Source: a candidate division WWE3 bacterium RIFCSPHIGHO2_01_FULL_40_23 (lineage in GTDB: Bacteria > Patescibacteriota > WWE3 > UBA101185 > 2-01-FULL-41-18). From it: a DNA stretch of 64,000 nucleotides. Below are positions 1 to 8,942 of the stretch, piece by piece (position 1 is the first letter of the stretch; each line of letters starts with the position of its first letter). The position numbers and the translations under genes are program-made. The stretch is taken from positions 108,283 through 172,282 of the forward strand of contig MEUZ01000007.1 of assembly GCA_001772615.1 (NCBI GenBank), written 5' to 3'. Under the pieces are notes generated by a model. It was given only the letters and a program-made list of their open reading frames with translations, searched no databases and was not told the DNA's origin.

Positions 1-684
1 GTTGCGTTTTGGCTCCATGTACATGATATTTTCCACAATTCCTACCTGGTACGAAGGGTTTACTTCTTTTATCGCTTTATAGGAAGCATTGTGCCCGCGG
101 ATTAAACCCACCCACCCATCAAGAAAATCAAGAAATGTGGTTTTCATTGAGGGAATCCAAAGCTTGACTAAATGCCTTAAAGCTACATACGCCTGGGGTT
201 CATTAAGAGTTATAAAAAAATCTATATGTTCTCCTAATCTTTCTGCAACAAGCTTTGAGTACCTTGCAAAATACATGGGCGTAAGAAGATTTCCCCACCC
301 CTTCTTATCTCTTAACCAGTGCGGAAGAGAAAAATGCCAAAGAGTAACAAAAGTGCTCATACCTTTGCTTTTCAGCGATTTAAGGACTTTTCTGTAATGC
401 TCTATCTCTCTTTCATCAATTATTCCCTCCTGCGGCTCAATTCTTGCCCATTCAATAGACATCCTATGTGCATTGTGGTTTAAACTTTTTGCGAGAGTAA
501 AATCTTCTTCATAGCGATTATAAGAATCACAGGCAATTCCTGATCTTTCTTTAGGCCCGCCATCCTTTCCCGCAAATTCCGTTTCCCACACCCACCAGTC
601 CGAATGGACGTTATTGCCTTCTATTTGATGCGCGGCAGTGGCCGCCCCCCAGTAAAAATTATCGGGAAATTTTAAGAAAGACAT
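1..684 (-). CDS. Glycoside hydrolase family 1 beta-glucosidase, N-terminal part (gene continues past window start)
   Basis: Minus-strand translation from ATG at 684 reads MSFLKFPDNFYWGAATAAHQIEGNN..., the GH1 N-terminal signature. The frame stays open to position 1. It is absent from the ORF track because it runs off the edge. Confidence 0.8.
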   Translation of the reverse strand, partial: MSFLKFPDNFYWGAATAAHQIEGNNVHSDWWVWETEFAGKDGGPKERSGIACDSYNRYEEDFTLAKSLNHNAHRMSIEWARIEPQEGIIDEREIEHYRKVLKSLKSKGMSTFVTLWHFSLPHWLRDKKGWGNLLTPMYFARYSKLVAERLGEHIDFFITLNEPQAYVALRHLVKLWIPSMKTTFLDFLDGWVGLIRGHNASYKAIKEVNPSYQVGIVENIMYMEPKRN

Positions 685-787
685 ATGATTATTCTATAAG
701 TTAACTTCAGCTTGGTCTAGAGTTTATTTAAACTGGCTTTAAATATTAATCTGTGCTAAAAAGTAAAAAGACAAAGGAGAGACTAAA

Positions 788-1216
788 ATGAACCTGATTC
801 GGAAGTTTGGGAACATTTCTTCGCTCGTGAGGGATCAATTCGGGCTCATCTTCGGAGTTTGTGCGACCTTGACGATGGTTCTTGGGGTCATTAACCTTTT
901 TCTTGGGCCTCTTGGGGTTCTGGTCGAAAGCAAAGTTGTCGACTGGACGTTCGCGATCTTAGAAGGAGTTACGGCCCTATGCCTGTTTGTGGTTCTCACC
1001 GGCCTTCTTGCCTTGGGTCTAGATGGCGGCGGTAGTTTAAGAACCGGGCATATACTGTTCCTTCTCTGTATAGCACTGGCCTTCGCTCTTTCAACGGTGC
1101 CGCCCCTATCCCTTTACCTTGGGGGAGAAATTGAGAAAGAAATGAGATTTATCCCGGTGGCGCAAGCTGTTTTGTTTCTCGTGTCCCTGTGGATCCTATC
1201 TCTCCCAAGGCGATGA
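788..1216 (+). CDS. hypothetical multi-pass membrane protein
   Basis: 142-aa ORF; AAAGGAGAG RBS 6 nt upstream of the ATG; several hydrophobic helices. Confidence 0.5.
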   Translation: MNLIRKFGNISSLVRDQFGLIFGVCATLTMVLGVINLFLGPLGVLVESKVVDWTFAILEGVTALCLFVVLTGLLALGLDGGGSLRTGHILFLLCIALAFALSTVPPLSLYLGGEIEKEMRFIPVAQAVLFLVSLWILSLPRR

Positions 1217-1297
1217 TTCTCTTTGAGTTCTACTCAACCGCTTGCCGGATACTCACAGCCGGCAAGCTTCTTTCTCTTATCATCCCAAATTCGCTTC

Positions 1298-1378
1298 GTC
1301 ATCCTGAACCTGACTGCCGGCAGGCAGGCTTGATTCAGGATCTGTATTTTAGATTCTGGATCAAGTCCAGAATGACAT
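1298..1378. repeat. Family-1 nested palindromic repeat copy (GTCATCCTGAAC...ATTCAGGATC / GATTCTGGATCAAGTCCAGAATGACAT)
   Basis: Same GTCATyC-hairpin-GrATGAC architecture as copies at 5301, 8085, 13080, 17193, 25213, 27921, 43774 and 58941. Confidence 0.7.
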
Positions 1379-1451
1379 AAACCAAACCCTAACTTTCATA
1401 TCGTTGATATTAGAAACGGCGTAATATAAAATCTTAGTGCCTCATTTAAAG

Positions 1452-1527
1452 GCCCGGATAGCTCAGTTGGTAGAGCACGTCCATGGTAAGGATGGGGTCC
1501 CGAGTTCGACTCTCGGTCCGGGCTCCA
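1452..1527 (+). tRNA. tRNA-Thr (anticodon GGT)
   Basis: Cloverleaf by eye: acceptor GCCCGGA/TCCGGGC, D arm GCTC..GAGC, anticodon stem CGTCC/GGATG with loop ATGGTAA, T arm CCGAG TTCGACT CTCGG, discriminator T, CCA encoded. Confidence 0.8.
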
Positions 1528-1615
1528 AATCAGACACCACAATATTTCTCCCTTAATACCACTCCAAGGAAATGGTAAAATATGGGCTAGGCAGATCCAA
1601 AAGATCCAGCCCTAA

Positions 1616-1702
1616 GCCAGGTTCGGATAGCGGCAATTCCAACAGACTGTAAATCTGTCGCCCTAACGGGCTACGAAGGTTCGAGTCCTTCACCTGGCAC
1701 CA
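1616..1702 (+). tRNA. tRNA-Tyr (anticodon GTA), class II with long variable arm
   Basis: Acceptor GCCAGGT/ACCTGGC, anticodon stem ACAGA/TCTGT with loop CTGTAAA, long variable arm CGCCCTAACGGGCTAC, T arm GAAGG TTCGAGT CCTTC, ACCA end. Confidence 0.85.
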
Positions 1703-1870
1703 AAATCTGAAAACACATCGGGGTCATGCAGACATATAAAGTCGAGGCGAAGTACATCGGACTCGAATGCCGGACCCGCCTCTCAAGCGAAGCGAGAGGG
1801 TGGGGAGGCGGGAACGCGAACCTTAGGAACTGTTGCGAATATTAATGAGCTACAGTTTCTTAGGATTCGT

Positions 1871-1894
1871 GTTCGAGTCCTTCACCTGGCACCA
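1871..1894 (+). repeat. Exact 24-nt direct duplicate of the tRNA-Tyr 3' end (GTTCGAGTCCTTCACCTGGCACCA)
   Basis: Identical to 1679-1702. No matching 5' half (GCCAGGT) lies upstream, so this is a fragment, not a second tRNA. Confidence 0.8.
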
Positions 1895-1982
1895 TCCTCC
1901 TTTTGACACAATTTATACAAACTGATAACCTCCCAACTAGTTATTTTGTTCACCAAATAAACAATCCTGAAGGAGAGAACAC

Positions 1983-2336
1983 ATGAAGCACGTTCAACAA
2001 AATCCAAAGAGAGGCGGCGTTGATCTTAACAAGCGATTCTTTGAACTCTCCATCATCAACGGCTATGTGGTATCAATCCTTTGGCCGCTGTTTGTAAAGC
2101 TGCCCGCGCAATTCCACTGGGGGCAACAACTTCTGATCTGGCTTGGAATTGAGCTTTCGTCCATGCTGGTTGTCTTTATCATGGCAGGAATGCTTTACAA
2201 CTTGTCCAAGAGGCAAAACATTCCGATGCTCATGCTGCCTGCTAGCATCTGTCTTGGGATAACGGCAGGTATCCTTGCCGCAATACTCACCGTGGTATTG
2301 GTAGCTATACTCTACCTCATCCCTCCGCCCAGATAA
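1983..2336 (+). CDS. hypothetical membrane protein
   Basis: 117-aa ORF; GAAGGAGAG RBS; hydrophobic; followed by a strong terminator. Confidence 0.55.
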   Translation: MKHVQQNPKRGGVDLNKRFFELSIINGYVVSILWPLFVKLPAQFHWGQQLLIWLGIELSSMLVVFIMAGMLYNLSKRQNIPMLMLPASICLGITAGILAAILTVVLVAILYLIPPPR

Positions 2337-2339
2337 CAA

Positions 2340-2380
2340 CCTCGGCCGGAAAAGACCAGACCGGCCGAGGCTTTATTTTT
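2340..2380 (+). terminator. Rho-independent terminator
   Basis: CCTCGGCCGG-loop-CCGGCCGAGG perfect GC stem followed by CTTTATTTTT. Confidence 0.75.
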
Positions 2381-2450
2381 AATCCCAATCCTTCACAAAT
2401 ACATTAAACTCCAATTAAAATCTGATAAAATATCAAAGGCCAGCCTGTTA

Positions 2451-2524
2451 GCCCCCATAGCTTAGTGGCAAAGCGGCGGTTTTGTAAACCGTTGACGGGA
2501 GTTCGATTCTACCTGGGGGCTCCA
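2451..2524 (+). tRNA. tRNA-Thr (anticodon TGT, by manual fold)
   Basis: Acceptor GCCCCCA/TGGGGGC, D stem GCTT/AAGC, anticodon stem GCGGT/ACCGT with loop TTTGTAA, T loop TTCGATT, TCCA end. The anticodon call rests on a hand fold. Confidence 0.7.
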
Positions 2525-2730
2525 AAAAGCACTATCCTACAGTCGGTTTCAGATGAAAAAACATACCAAAGTCTCACAAACATCTCAACACTTTATTAAA
2601 ATAGCCCACGAACTTGGAAAAAAATGCTCCAAAACCTTTATAGAACTTTCAACTAAATAATTCTTCAACCATATAGAGTCTAGCTGAACTATCAAGAAAG
2701 TACCAAAAGTAAGTTATAAACTGAACAGAC

Positions 2731-4386
2731 CTATTCTTCCTTTGCGTCTGATAAGCTCTCTAAAACTCTCTTTGCGTCCTTGTTTTGAGGGTCAAGCTCC
2801 AAAACTTTTAAAAGATAAGATTGGGCCCAGCTCACCCTACCCTTCACCAGCTCAACTTCTGACATATTGTAGTAAGACTGCCACATTAAAGGGTAATTAT
2901 TGATATTACCCATGAAAATCTTCTCCGCCTCATTGACCTTGCCAAGCCTTAAGTAGCTTAATCCGAGATTATTGTAAGCATCAGGGTAAACACCGCCTCT
3001 TAACTCAATTGCCTTCTTAAATTCATCGGAAGCCCCTTCGTAATCTTTTTTAGTTAGGTATGTTTCACCAAGCAGTTTGTGGGCTCTTGAGCTATTGGGT
3101 ACAACTCTTACTGCAGATTTCCATAAATTTTCGGGTGTTGACCACTCTCTGTTCCTAAAAATCACCTTAGTTGAGTACAATATTACTAATATACCCCCTA
3201 GAATCATTGCCAAACTGTCAAATCTTGCCTTTTTTGATATCCAGATAAAAAACAATGCGACAAGTGAGCAGAAAGCCACGTTCCCAAGATATAAATACCT
3301 TTCGGTAAAATAAGAAGATGTCTGAACCGGGCTGAAAGTCGGCCCAAGAGAAACAACAACAAACAAGAGAAGTCCCGATACTTCCCTGTAAATCTCCCAC
3401 AAATACAAAATCAGACCGAATACCACAACGGTGAAAGCCCAGAATACAAAAACATCAAAGTCAGTAACAACATCACCTTCGTGAAATATAGACAATCCCA
3501 GGGGAAAGGACAAAAGCTTAAAGTTACTATAAATCTCATAAGGAACTCTCTCAAAGTAGGGGGCGGAACCCTCAATATTTGCCTCAAATGAGCCTTGGAG
3601 GTAGTCAATTCTTGCTGAATACGGCCTTACAATAAGAAAAATGTGGATAAGCATGACAAAAATAAGAGGGATAAAACGGAATCGGGAGGATACTTTTTTC
3701 TCAAACTGATAGTTATAAATCTGATCAATGATTATTAAAAGTGGAATAAACATCACCGAAAAGCTGTTATTTACAAGAACAAGAGTAATTCCGTAAACGA
3801 CGACGGTGCCTAAAAAATACCTGATTTTATTGGTGTTTCTAAACAAAAGGTATAAAACGGCCATAAATAGAAAACCCATGGCGTTTGTTATGTAAATTGA
3901 GGCCGAAATCCATGAGACTGCCTCCGTATTTATCGGAGAAACGGCAAAAAGCAGGGACGACAATTTTGCCGTTTTTTTATCAAAAAGCATTGAAACAAGG
4001 ACAAAAACTAAAATAACGGCCAAAATATGAAACAAAACATGAGTCAAATGCAAAGGAACAGGATTTAAGTCGAAAAACCTGAAAGACATGGCATAAATGA
4101 CCTTCTGCAGATTTAGTGTTTTAAGAGAGGCTTTTAAATCCCTCACTTCGACGTTTTCTTTAAAGCCAAGAATATCATCCGCTACAAACTCCCCTTTTAA
4201 AGAGTTAAAGTAAATCCCCAAAGCCGCCAAAACCACAAGTAAAATGAACTTATAGTTGGATAAAAGGTAACGGAGTACATTTGAAATAGAGTTAAACTCC
4301 CCGCTTTGAGCCGCTTCGGGGGCTTTTATCTCCCCTACCCTATTTAACCCTTTATCAAGTTTTCTTTTGGCTTTAGCATTTTTCAT
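2731..4386 (-). CDS. Polytopic membrane protein with C-terminal TPR repeats (GT39/PMT-like glycosyltransferase fold suspected)
   Basis: 551-aa ORF; many TM helices in the N-terminal 400 aa; the C-terminus has TPR-type repeats (YNNLGLSYLRLGKVNEAEKIF..., WAQSYLLKVLELDP). Confidence 0.65.
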   Translation of the reverse strand: MKNAKAKRKLDKGLNRVGEIKAPEAAQSGEFNSISNVLRYLLSNYKFILLVVLAALGIYFNSLKGEFVADDILGFKENVEVRDLKASLKTLNLQKVIYAMSFRFFDLNPVPLHLTHVLFHILAVILVFVLVSMLFDKKTAKLSSLLFAVSPINTEAVSWISASIYITNAMGFLFMAVLYLLFRNTNKIRYFLGTVVVYGITLVLVNNSFSVMFIPLLIIIDQIYNYQFEKKVSSRFRFIPLIFVMLIHIFLIVRPYSARIDYLQGSFEANIEGSAPYFERVPYEIYSNFKLLSFPLGLSIFHEGDVVTDFDVFVFWAFTVVVFGLILYLWEIYREVSGLLLFVVVSLGPTFSPVQTSSYFTERYLYLGNVAFCSLVALFFIWISKKARFDSLAMILGGILVILYSTKVIFRNREWSTPENLWKSAVRVVPNSSRAHKLLGETYLTKKDYEGASDEFKKAIELRGGVYPDAYNNLGLSYLRLGKVNEAEKIFMGNINNYPLMWQSYYNMSEVELVKGRVSWAQSYLLKVLELDPQNKDAKRVLESLSDAKEE

Positions 4387-4483
4387 ATTAATTACAGATG
4401 GAAATCAGACAGAAGCCTAAGTTGATTTCCTTCGTAAAAATTGATACAAGTATATTATCCTATTCCCCCTATGGAGGTTAAAT

Positions 4484-4672
4484 ATGTCAGCCTTTTGGAC
4501 GGCAGGAGCGATCCTGGTCGTGGTTCTGCTGGTTCTGTTCTTCGCAGCTATGTACAGCGCAGACGAGCGTGCCCGCCGCCAGAAAGAGGCGGAGGAAAGA
4601 TACATGGCCCCGACTCCGGACATGGTCGCGCAACCATTCATCCGCGACGGGCCAAATGGCGGCGGACAATAG
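4484..4672 (+). CDS. small hypothetical membrane protein (62 aa) in a GC-rich patch
   Basis: GGAGG RBS 8 nt upstream; one TM helix; two downstream hairpin terminators at 4723-4763 and 4906-4940. Confidence 0.4.
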   Translation: MSAFWTAGAILVVVLLVLFFAAMYSADERARRQKEAEERYMAPTPDMVAQPFIRDGPNGGGQ

Positions 4673-4722
4673 TTTCTCCAACCCAAAATCACAAAAAGAG
4701 GCGGTCTAAAACAGGCTCATCA

Positions 4723-4763
4723 CACACGGAGGTTTACACCAAAATCTCCGTGTGTCTTATCTT
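4723..4763 (+). terminator. hairpin terminator (CACACGGAG...CTCCGTGTG + T-rich)
   Basis: 9-bp perfect stem followed by TCTTATCTT. Confidence 0.5.
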
Positions 4764-5300
4764 AAACTTGACGGCCATTTACAATTAAGGTATAAATTAA
4801 AGCAATGAAAGAAGCGGCAATTTTCCTGTTACAACGACATATTTCGTATTGGCACAGACACAAACAGCTTGGTGTTTGACTCCGGGTTTATTAACCCAAT
4901 AATGTAAGCTCGGAGCTAAATCCCGAGCTTTTTTGTTTTTCTCTAAAAAAGTTGGGGCTTGGTTAAAAAGACAAATTTTGTTTGCCTTTTAAACCCCGTC
5001 CTAACCGCTTTGCAAAACCGAATTTAGTTTTGTGAGGACATGACGTGGAGAAAGGATCGGACTTAGCCATGACGTACCCGAGCTACCGCCCGGCCTACCC
5101 GCCCCCGGCTCGCCCCGCTGATGATTACGATCATCCGCCCCAGGCGCGCACCGCGGACGATTGGCCGCCTCCCGCTCGCCCTAGCTAAACCGGCACGGGA
5201 GTAAGACATTGGACGGTAAGGAGAGTAGTTTGAAAGAAGCAGCTTCCTTACCGTCCAAGTTCATTTTACCATTAGCGTATACATCAATAAGCAGGCTCAC

Positions 5301-5439
5301 GATTCCGGGATTTAGATCCCCGCTTTCGCGGGGATGACATCTGTAATACGGAATGACAACCCCCCCACTTGTCATTCCGTGCCTGACACGGAATCTCTCT
5401 AGGTTGTCGTTGAGATTCCGCATCAAGTGCGGGATGACA
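5301..5439. repeat. Family-1 nested palindromic repeat cluster (3-4 hairpin units)
   Basis: Contains AGATCCCCGCTTTCGCGGGGATGACA, GTCATTCCGTGCCTGACACGGAATC and GATTCCGCATCAAGTGCGGGATGACA. Confidence 0.7.
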
Positions 5440-5499
5440 GTATGAGACGTAAATTGAGCTTTGATATTATCGGACTTGAGCTATATATTGACAACAAAT

Positions 5500-6588
5500 A
5501 TGAACGAAAAATTACAAAGGCTTTCAAAAAAATTAAAAGACCAAAAAGTTGACACGTTTCTCATATCCAATTACTACAGCATTTATTATTTGAGTGGCTT
5601 TAAAGGAGCCGTATCCGAAGACAGGGAGGTATATTTAGTCTATTCAAAGAAAAAATTGAACCTAGTGGCTCCACGCCTCTATCAGGAGGAAGCGAAGGCT
5701 CTCTCATCCAAAGACCTGAAGGTTTTTATAACCAGTGAAAGAGACAAGCTCCTTGCAACGGCTACCGACCTTCTTGATGCCAAACAAACCGTCGGCTTTG
5801 AATCCGAGGACTTGAAGTACAAGGAGTATGAGGAAACCAGGCTTTTGCTAAAGGAGAAAAAGCTCATAAGCCTTGAAAATTTAGTGCTTGGCATAAGGGA
5901 GATTAAGACGGGAGAGGAAATAAGCCTTATAAGAAAAGCGCAGGAGATTACCTACAAAGCTTTAAAAAAGGTTCTTCCTTTAATTAAAGAAGGGATAACT
6001 GAAAAGGAAATTTCCGAGAAACTGCGTCTTTCAATGCTCTCACTAGGCGCAGAGAGCGAGTCTTTTGGCTCAATTGTTGCGGCAAATAAAGGTTCCGCAT
6101 TGCCGCATTACGAAACATCAAATAAAAAAATTAAAAACGGGGACATGATTTTAATTGATTGGGGAGCAAAATATAAAGGATACTGCGGTGACTCAACGAG
6201 AGTTATATTTCTTAAAAAGGTTCCTGGTGACACAGTTGCAAACGTTTATAATCTTGTTCTTAAAGCACAGGAAAAGGCTATAAATGGCTTAAAGGCTGGA
6301 ATGACAGGAAGTGAGGGTTATGATATGGCTAATAAAGTTTTTGTTGAGAACAAAGTTGAAAAATATTTTACGCACGGGCTTGGGCATGGCATCGGTCTTG
6401 CAGTTCATGAAGAACCTTATTTAAGAAAAACGGTAGAGAAACCGCTTCTTGAGGGATCTGTATTTAGCGTAGAGCCCGGTTTGTACTTTACAAAATGGGG
6501 AGGAATAAGAATTGAGGACCTCGTTGCCCTTAGAGCAGACAAAGCCGAGGTGCTTGGCAGTTACCCAAAAGAAATCGTCATTTTATAA
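5500..6588 (+). CDS. M24 family Xaa-Pro aminopeptidase / prolidase
   Basis: HGLGHGIGLAVHEEP and pita-bread fold motifs. The likely start is the internal Met MNEKLQRL, which is the 14th codon of the tracked ORF. Confidence 0.8.
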   Translation: MNEKLQRLSKKLKDQKVDTFLISNYYSIYYLSGFKGAVSEDREVYLVYSKKKLNLVAPRLYQEEAKALSSKDLKVFITSERDKLLATATDLLDAKQTVGFESEDLKYKEYEETRLLLKEKKLISLENLVLGIREIKTGEEISLIRKAQEITYKALKKVLPLIKEGITEKEISEKLRLSMLSLGAESESFGSIVAANKGSALPHYETSNKKIKNGDMILIDWGAKYKGYCGDSTRVIFLKKVPGDTVANVYNLVLKAQEKAINGLKAGMTGSEGYDMANKVFVENKVEKYFTHGLGHGIGLAVHEEPYLRKTVEKPLLEGSVFSVEPGLYFTKWGGIRIEDLVALRADKAEVLGSYPKEIVIL

Positions 6589-6639
6589 AAGTTCAAGTCT
6601 TAATTGACACAGGTTTAACTTTCAAAGATAATTCAACGC

Positions 6640-6813
6640 ATGGCAAAAAAGACTTCAAGAATACTTTTGTTACTTGTTTGCACCCAATGCAAAAGTCAAA
6701 ACTACATAACGGCAAAAAATAAAATTAACTCAACCGATAAGATAACGCTTAAAAAATACTGCAAAAAGTGTAAAGCCCATACTGAACACAAAGAATCCAC
6801 CAAGCTTAAATAA
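6640..6813 (+). CDS. rpmG: 50S ribosomal protein L33
   Basis: 57-aa ORF MAKKTSRILLLLVCTQCKSQNYITAKNKINSTDKITLKKYCKKCKAHTEHKESTKLK with the Cys4 pattern of L33. Below the ORF-track size cutoff. Confidence 0.8.
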   Translation: MAKKTSRILLLLVCTQCKSQNYITAKNKINSTDKITLKKYCKKCKAHTEHKESTKLK

Positions 6814-6881
6814 CCTATAATTTGACAACTCAGCGGGTTCTATTAGAATATTCTTATCCACACAAACAAAAGGAGAGGGAA

Positions 6882-7199
6882 ATGGCAACTGACGTTCAAG
6901 TTCGCCCAGACGATATCAACCTCCAAACAACACTTAGAGATACATTTGGAAAATGGGAGGCGGAACTTGCCGCAACTATAATCGTAGTTTTCTGTAGGGA
7001 TCGCAGGGGTTGGGTGAAGTTTTCATCCGAAGACATCACTCGCCTTGCGCCAGGCAGGGACGGGATTCTCGCACAAGTTGGACTCGAAATACTGGTTGAA
7101 AAGCGCTGGATAACAAAGGTCGAGGGTGATCTTCTTCAAGTCACACCGGCTTTCATAGAAAGGTGCCATGAAAAGCATCCCGTGATTGCCAGGGCATGA
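6882..7199 (+). CDS. small hypothetical protein, paralog 1 of 3
   Basis: AAAGGAGAGGG RBS. Shares the L..T....W...LAAT.IV..C....WV.F......L.VT..F...C..KHP pattern with 7358 and 7689. Confidence 0.6.
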   Translation: MATDVQVRPDDINLQTTLRDTFGKWEAELAATIIVVFCRDRRGWVKFSSEDITRLAPGRDGILAQVGLEILVEKRWITKVEGDLLQVTPAFIERCHEKHPVIARA

Positions 7200-7204
7200 A
7201 TGAT

Positions 7205-7247
7205 TCCAGGAGGAAGCTTAAACACATAAACTTCCTCCTTTTTGTTT
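7205..7247 (+). terminator. Rho-independent terminator
   Basis: AGGAGGAAGC-loop-CTTCCTCCT followed by TTTTGTTTC. Confidence 0.7.
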
Positions 7248-7357
7248 CAAAAATAACTCTACTTGTACGACCTAAAACACCACTCGTCCCCTCCTGACTT
7301 GACCAGGAACCTAATTAAAGTAAAATCTACTTAACCCTAAAAAAGCGGAGAGAACCA

Positions 7358-7672
7358 ATGTTAACCAGCACAATCAAACCTGAAGATATTGACCCCGAGG
7401 GGGTGCTGATGCCTGGAAAGTACGTTATGAAGGGAATTGAAATAGTCTGGCCATTAATTGTGAGATGGTGTCAGACTAAAGGCGGGTGGGTCCCTTTCTC
7501 TAATGCGGAGCTTCTTCCTTTTTGCAAAAACCATGTGACGGATGACCTCTACGTTGGCATCGGCCTGATGCAGCTCCACGAGAAAGGGTTTTTAACAAAA
7601 CTGGGTCAGTTTACATACGAAGTTACGGAAGCATTTGTCCAACTTCTTCCGAGGAAACAACCACCTAGATGA
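7358..7672 (+). CDS. small hypothetical protein, paralog 2 of 3
   Basis: GCGGAGAG RBS; conserved W..C....GGWVPF core shared with paralogs 1 and 3. Confidence 0.6.
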   Translation: MLTSTIKPEDIDPEGVLMPGKYVMKGIEIVWPLIVRWCQTKGGWVPFSNAELLPFCKNHVTDDLYVGIGLMQLHEKGFLTKLGQFTYEVTEAFVQLLPRKQPPR

Positions 7673-7688
7673 GAAATAAGGAGAGAAA

Positions 7689-7994
7689 ATGCTTACAGTT
7701 CAAATCTTGCCTGAACACATTCTGTTAACGGAAGGTCTTCGCGGTACTTTCCCTGGATGGGAAGGGAATTTAGCCGCGACCGTCATAGTTACATATTGTA
7801 TGAGCAAACAGGCGTGGGTCCCCTTCACTATGGGGGATTTGACCGAGTGGATGAAGCTATTTAGCTCGGCGCAGGATGGTATCTACATCCTTCTTGGGTA
7901 TGGGTACCTGACAGAGGGAAAAGGAGGACAGCTTCAGGTAACAGAAGACTTCGTTCGGCTCTGCTACCAAAAGCACCCCCACCCCAGACTTTGA
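7689..7994 (+). CDS. small hypothetical protein, paralog 3 of 3
   Basis: AAGGAGAG RBS; core WEGNLAATVIVTYCMSKQAWVPF...QVTEDFVRLCYQKHP parallels paralog 1. Confidence 0.6.
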   Translation: MLTVQILPEHILLTEGLRGTFPGWEGNLAATVIVTYCMSKQAWVPFTMGDLTEWMKLFSSAQDGIYILLGYGYLTEGKGGQLQVTEDFVRLCYQKHPHPRL

Positions 7995-8003
7995 ATCCCA
8001 AAG

Positions 8004-8040
8004 GAGGAAGCCAAACCCACAGCTTCCTCCCTTTTATTTC
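8004..8040 (+). terminator. Rho-independent terminator
   Basis: GGAGGAAGC...GCTTCCTCC followed by CTTTTATTTC. Confidence 0.7.
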
Positions 8041-8084
8041 ATGTCTATATTCTCTTCGACACCCTGGGGATTTTTTTTCAGGTT

Positions 8085-8114
8085 GTCATTCTGGACCTGA
8101 TCCAGAATCATGTC
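8085..8114. repeat. Family-1 palindromic repeat unit (GTCATTCTGGACCTGATCCAGAATCATGTC)
   Basis: ATTCTGGA / TCCAGAAT stem between GTCAT and ATGTC flanks. Confidence 0.6.
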
Positions 8115-8171
8115 TTAATTTCATAAAAATTGTACTTTCAAGACTAAAAACTTATAATTAGAGAGCCATAT

Positions 8172-8245
8172 AGGGGTGTCGTTCAGCGGCAGGACGTTGG
8201 TCTCCAAAACCAATAACGGGGGTTCGATTCCCTCCACCCCTGCCA
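8172..8245 (+). tRNA. tRNA-Trp (anticodon CCA)
   Basis: Acceptor AGGGGTG/CACCCCT, anticodon stem TTGGT/ACCAA with loop CTCCAAA, T arm GGGGG TTCGATT CCCTC, GCCA end. Confidence 0.8.
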
Positions 8246-8324
8246 AACAACCTATAGTTTGACTTAGGAATTTAAATCTTATACACTATAACAAGTTAAT
8301 CTTGATCACAAAACGGAGCTTAAA

Positions 8325-8609
8325 ATGCCAATGCAACCTGGTGAGGCCATCAAAAAAGCAATTGAATGGTTGGTTAGCAATAAAGATAACCTTGAAGGAA
8401 AAAAATGTTCCCTTCCTTACGTGGAGGAGCATTTAATCAGGGTTTTCTTTGGCGGCAGTACCCCTGAAAGCAATGGCTGGATTGCCATTTGGACAACTAA
8501 CCGAAATCCAAATGACAAACTCAAAGCCGAAGAAAGTGCTGCAGATATTGTAGCCGCCCTACACAGAGAACTCAAACAAAAGGGATACACAGTTACGACA
8601 TATCATTAA
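8325..8609 (+). CDS. small hypothetical protein
   Basis: 94-aa ORF with ACGGAG RBS. Confidence 0.5.
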   Translation: MPMQPGEAIKKAIEWLVSNKDNLEGKKCSLPYVEEHLIRVFFGGSTPESNGWIAIWTTNRNPNDKLKAEESAADIVAALHRELKQKGYTVTTYH

Positions 8610-8633
8610 AGCTATGCAGAAAAGGAGACGGAA

Positions 8634-8900
8634 ATGTCAGACACTTCAACAGCAGGATCAGATCAAGACTGGAAGGCAGAGAGCGCTGGATTAAGCGCCT
8701 TGGACTGGCTCCTAAAGAACAGGCCAGAGCGCCATACCCAAAAGCAGATCTTTGCAGTTTCCAAGCCCGCCATACTACCCTTAGAGGACGCTTCGGGGTA
8801 TAGCGTTATAATGGCCCTAAAGGGGACCGGCGGTTACTGGTTCTATACTTTTGAGGTACGCGGAGAACAGGTTACTTTAATAAGTGAAGAACAAAAGTAA
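8634..8900 (+). CDS. small hypothetical protein
   Basis: 88-aa ORF with AAAGGAGACGG RBS. Confidence 0.55.
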   Translation: MSDTSTAGSDQDWKAESAGLSALDWLLKNRPERHTQKQIFAVSKPAILPLEDASGYSVIMALKGTGGYWFYTFEVRGEQVTLISEEQK

Positions 8901-8942
8901 CCTGCACGGACTAAACTAATCCCAAATCCAAAGGAGGATACG

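Noticed and set aside
89-397. Plus-strand ORF (102 aa) at the window start
   Set aside because: It lies entirely antisense to the GH1 beta-glucosidase coding sequence, whose GH1 signature is unambiguous. Its translation is junk-like.
1189-1380. ORF of 63 aa overlapping the end of the 788-1216 gene
   Set aside because: No SD, and it runs through a family-1 palindromic repeat. These repeats generate short spurious ORFs.
1703-1870. Second full tRNA-Tyr gene
   Set aside because: Only the 3' terminal 24 nt are duplicated. No acceptor 5' strand (GCCAGGT), D arm or anticodon arm is present upstream.
5069-5188. 40-codon Pro-rich ORF (MTYPSYRPAYPPPARPADDYDHPPQARTADDWPPPARPS) with a weak SD
   Set aside because: Its composition is dominated by the GC-rich repeat context and it is very short. 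It could be real, but the evidence is insufficient.
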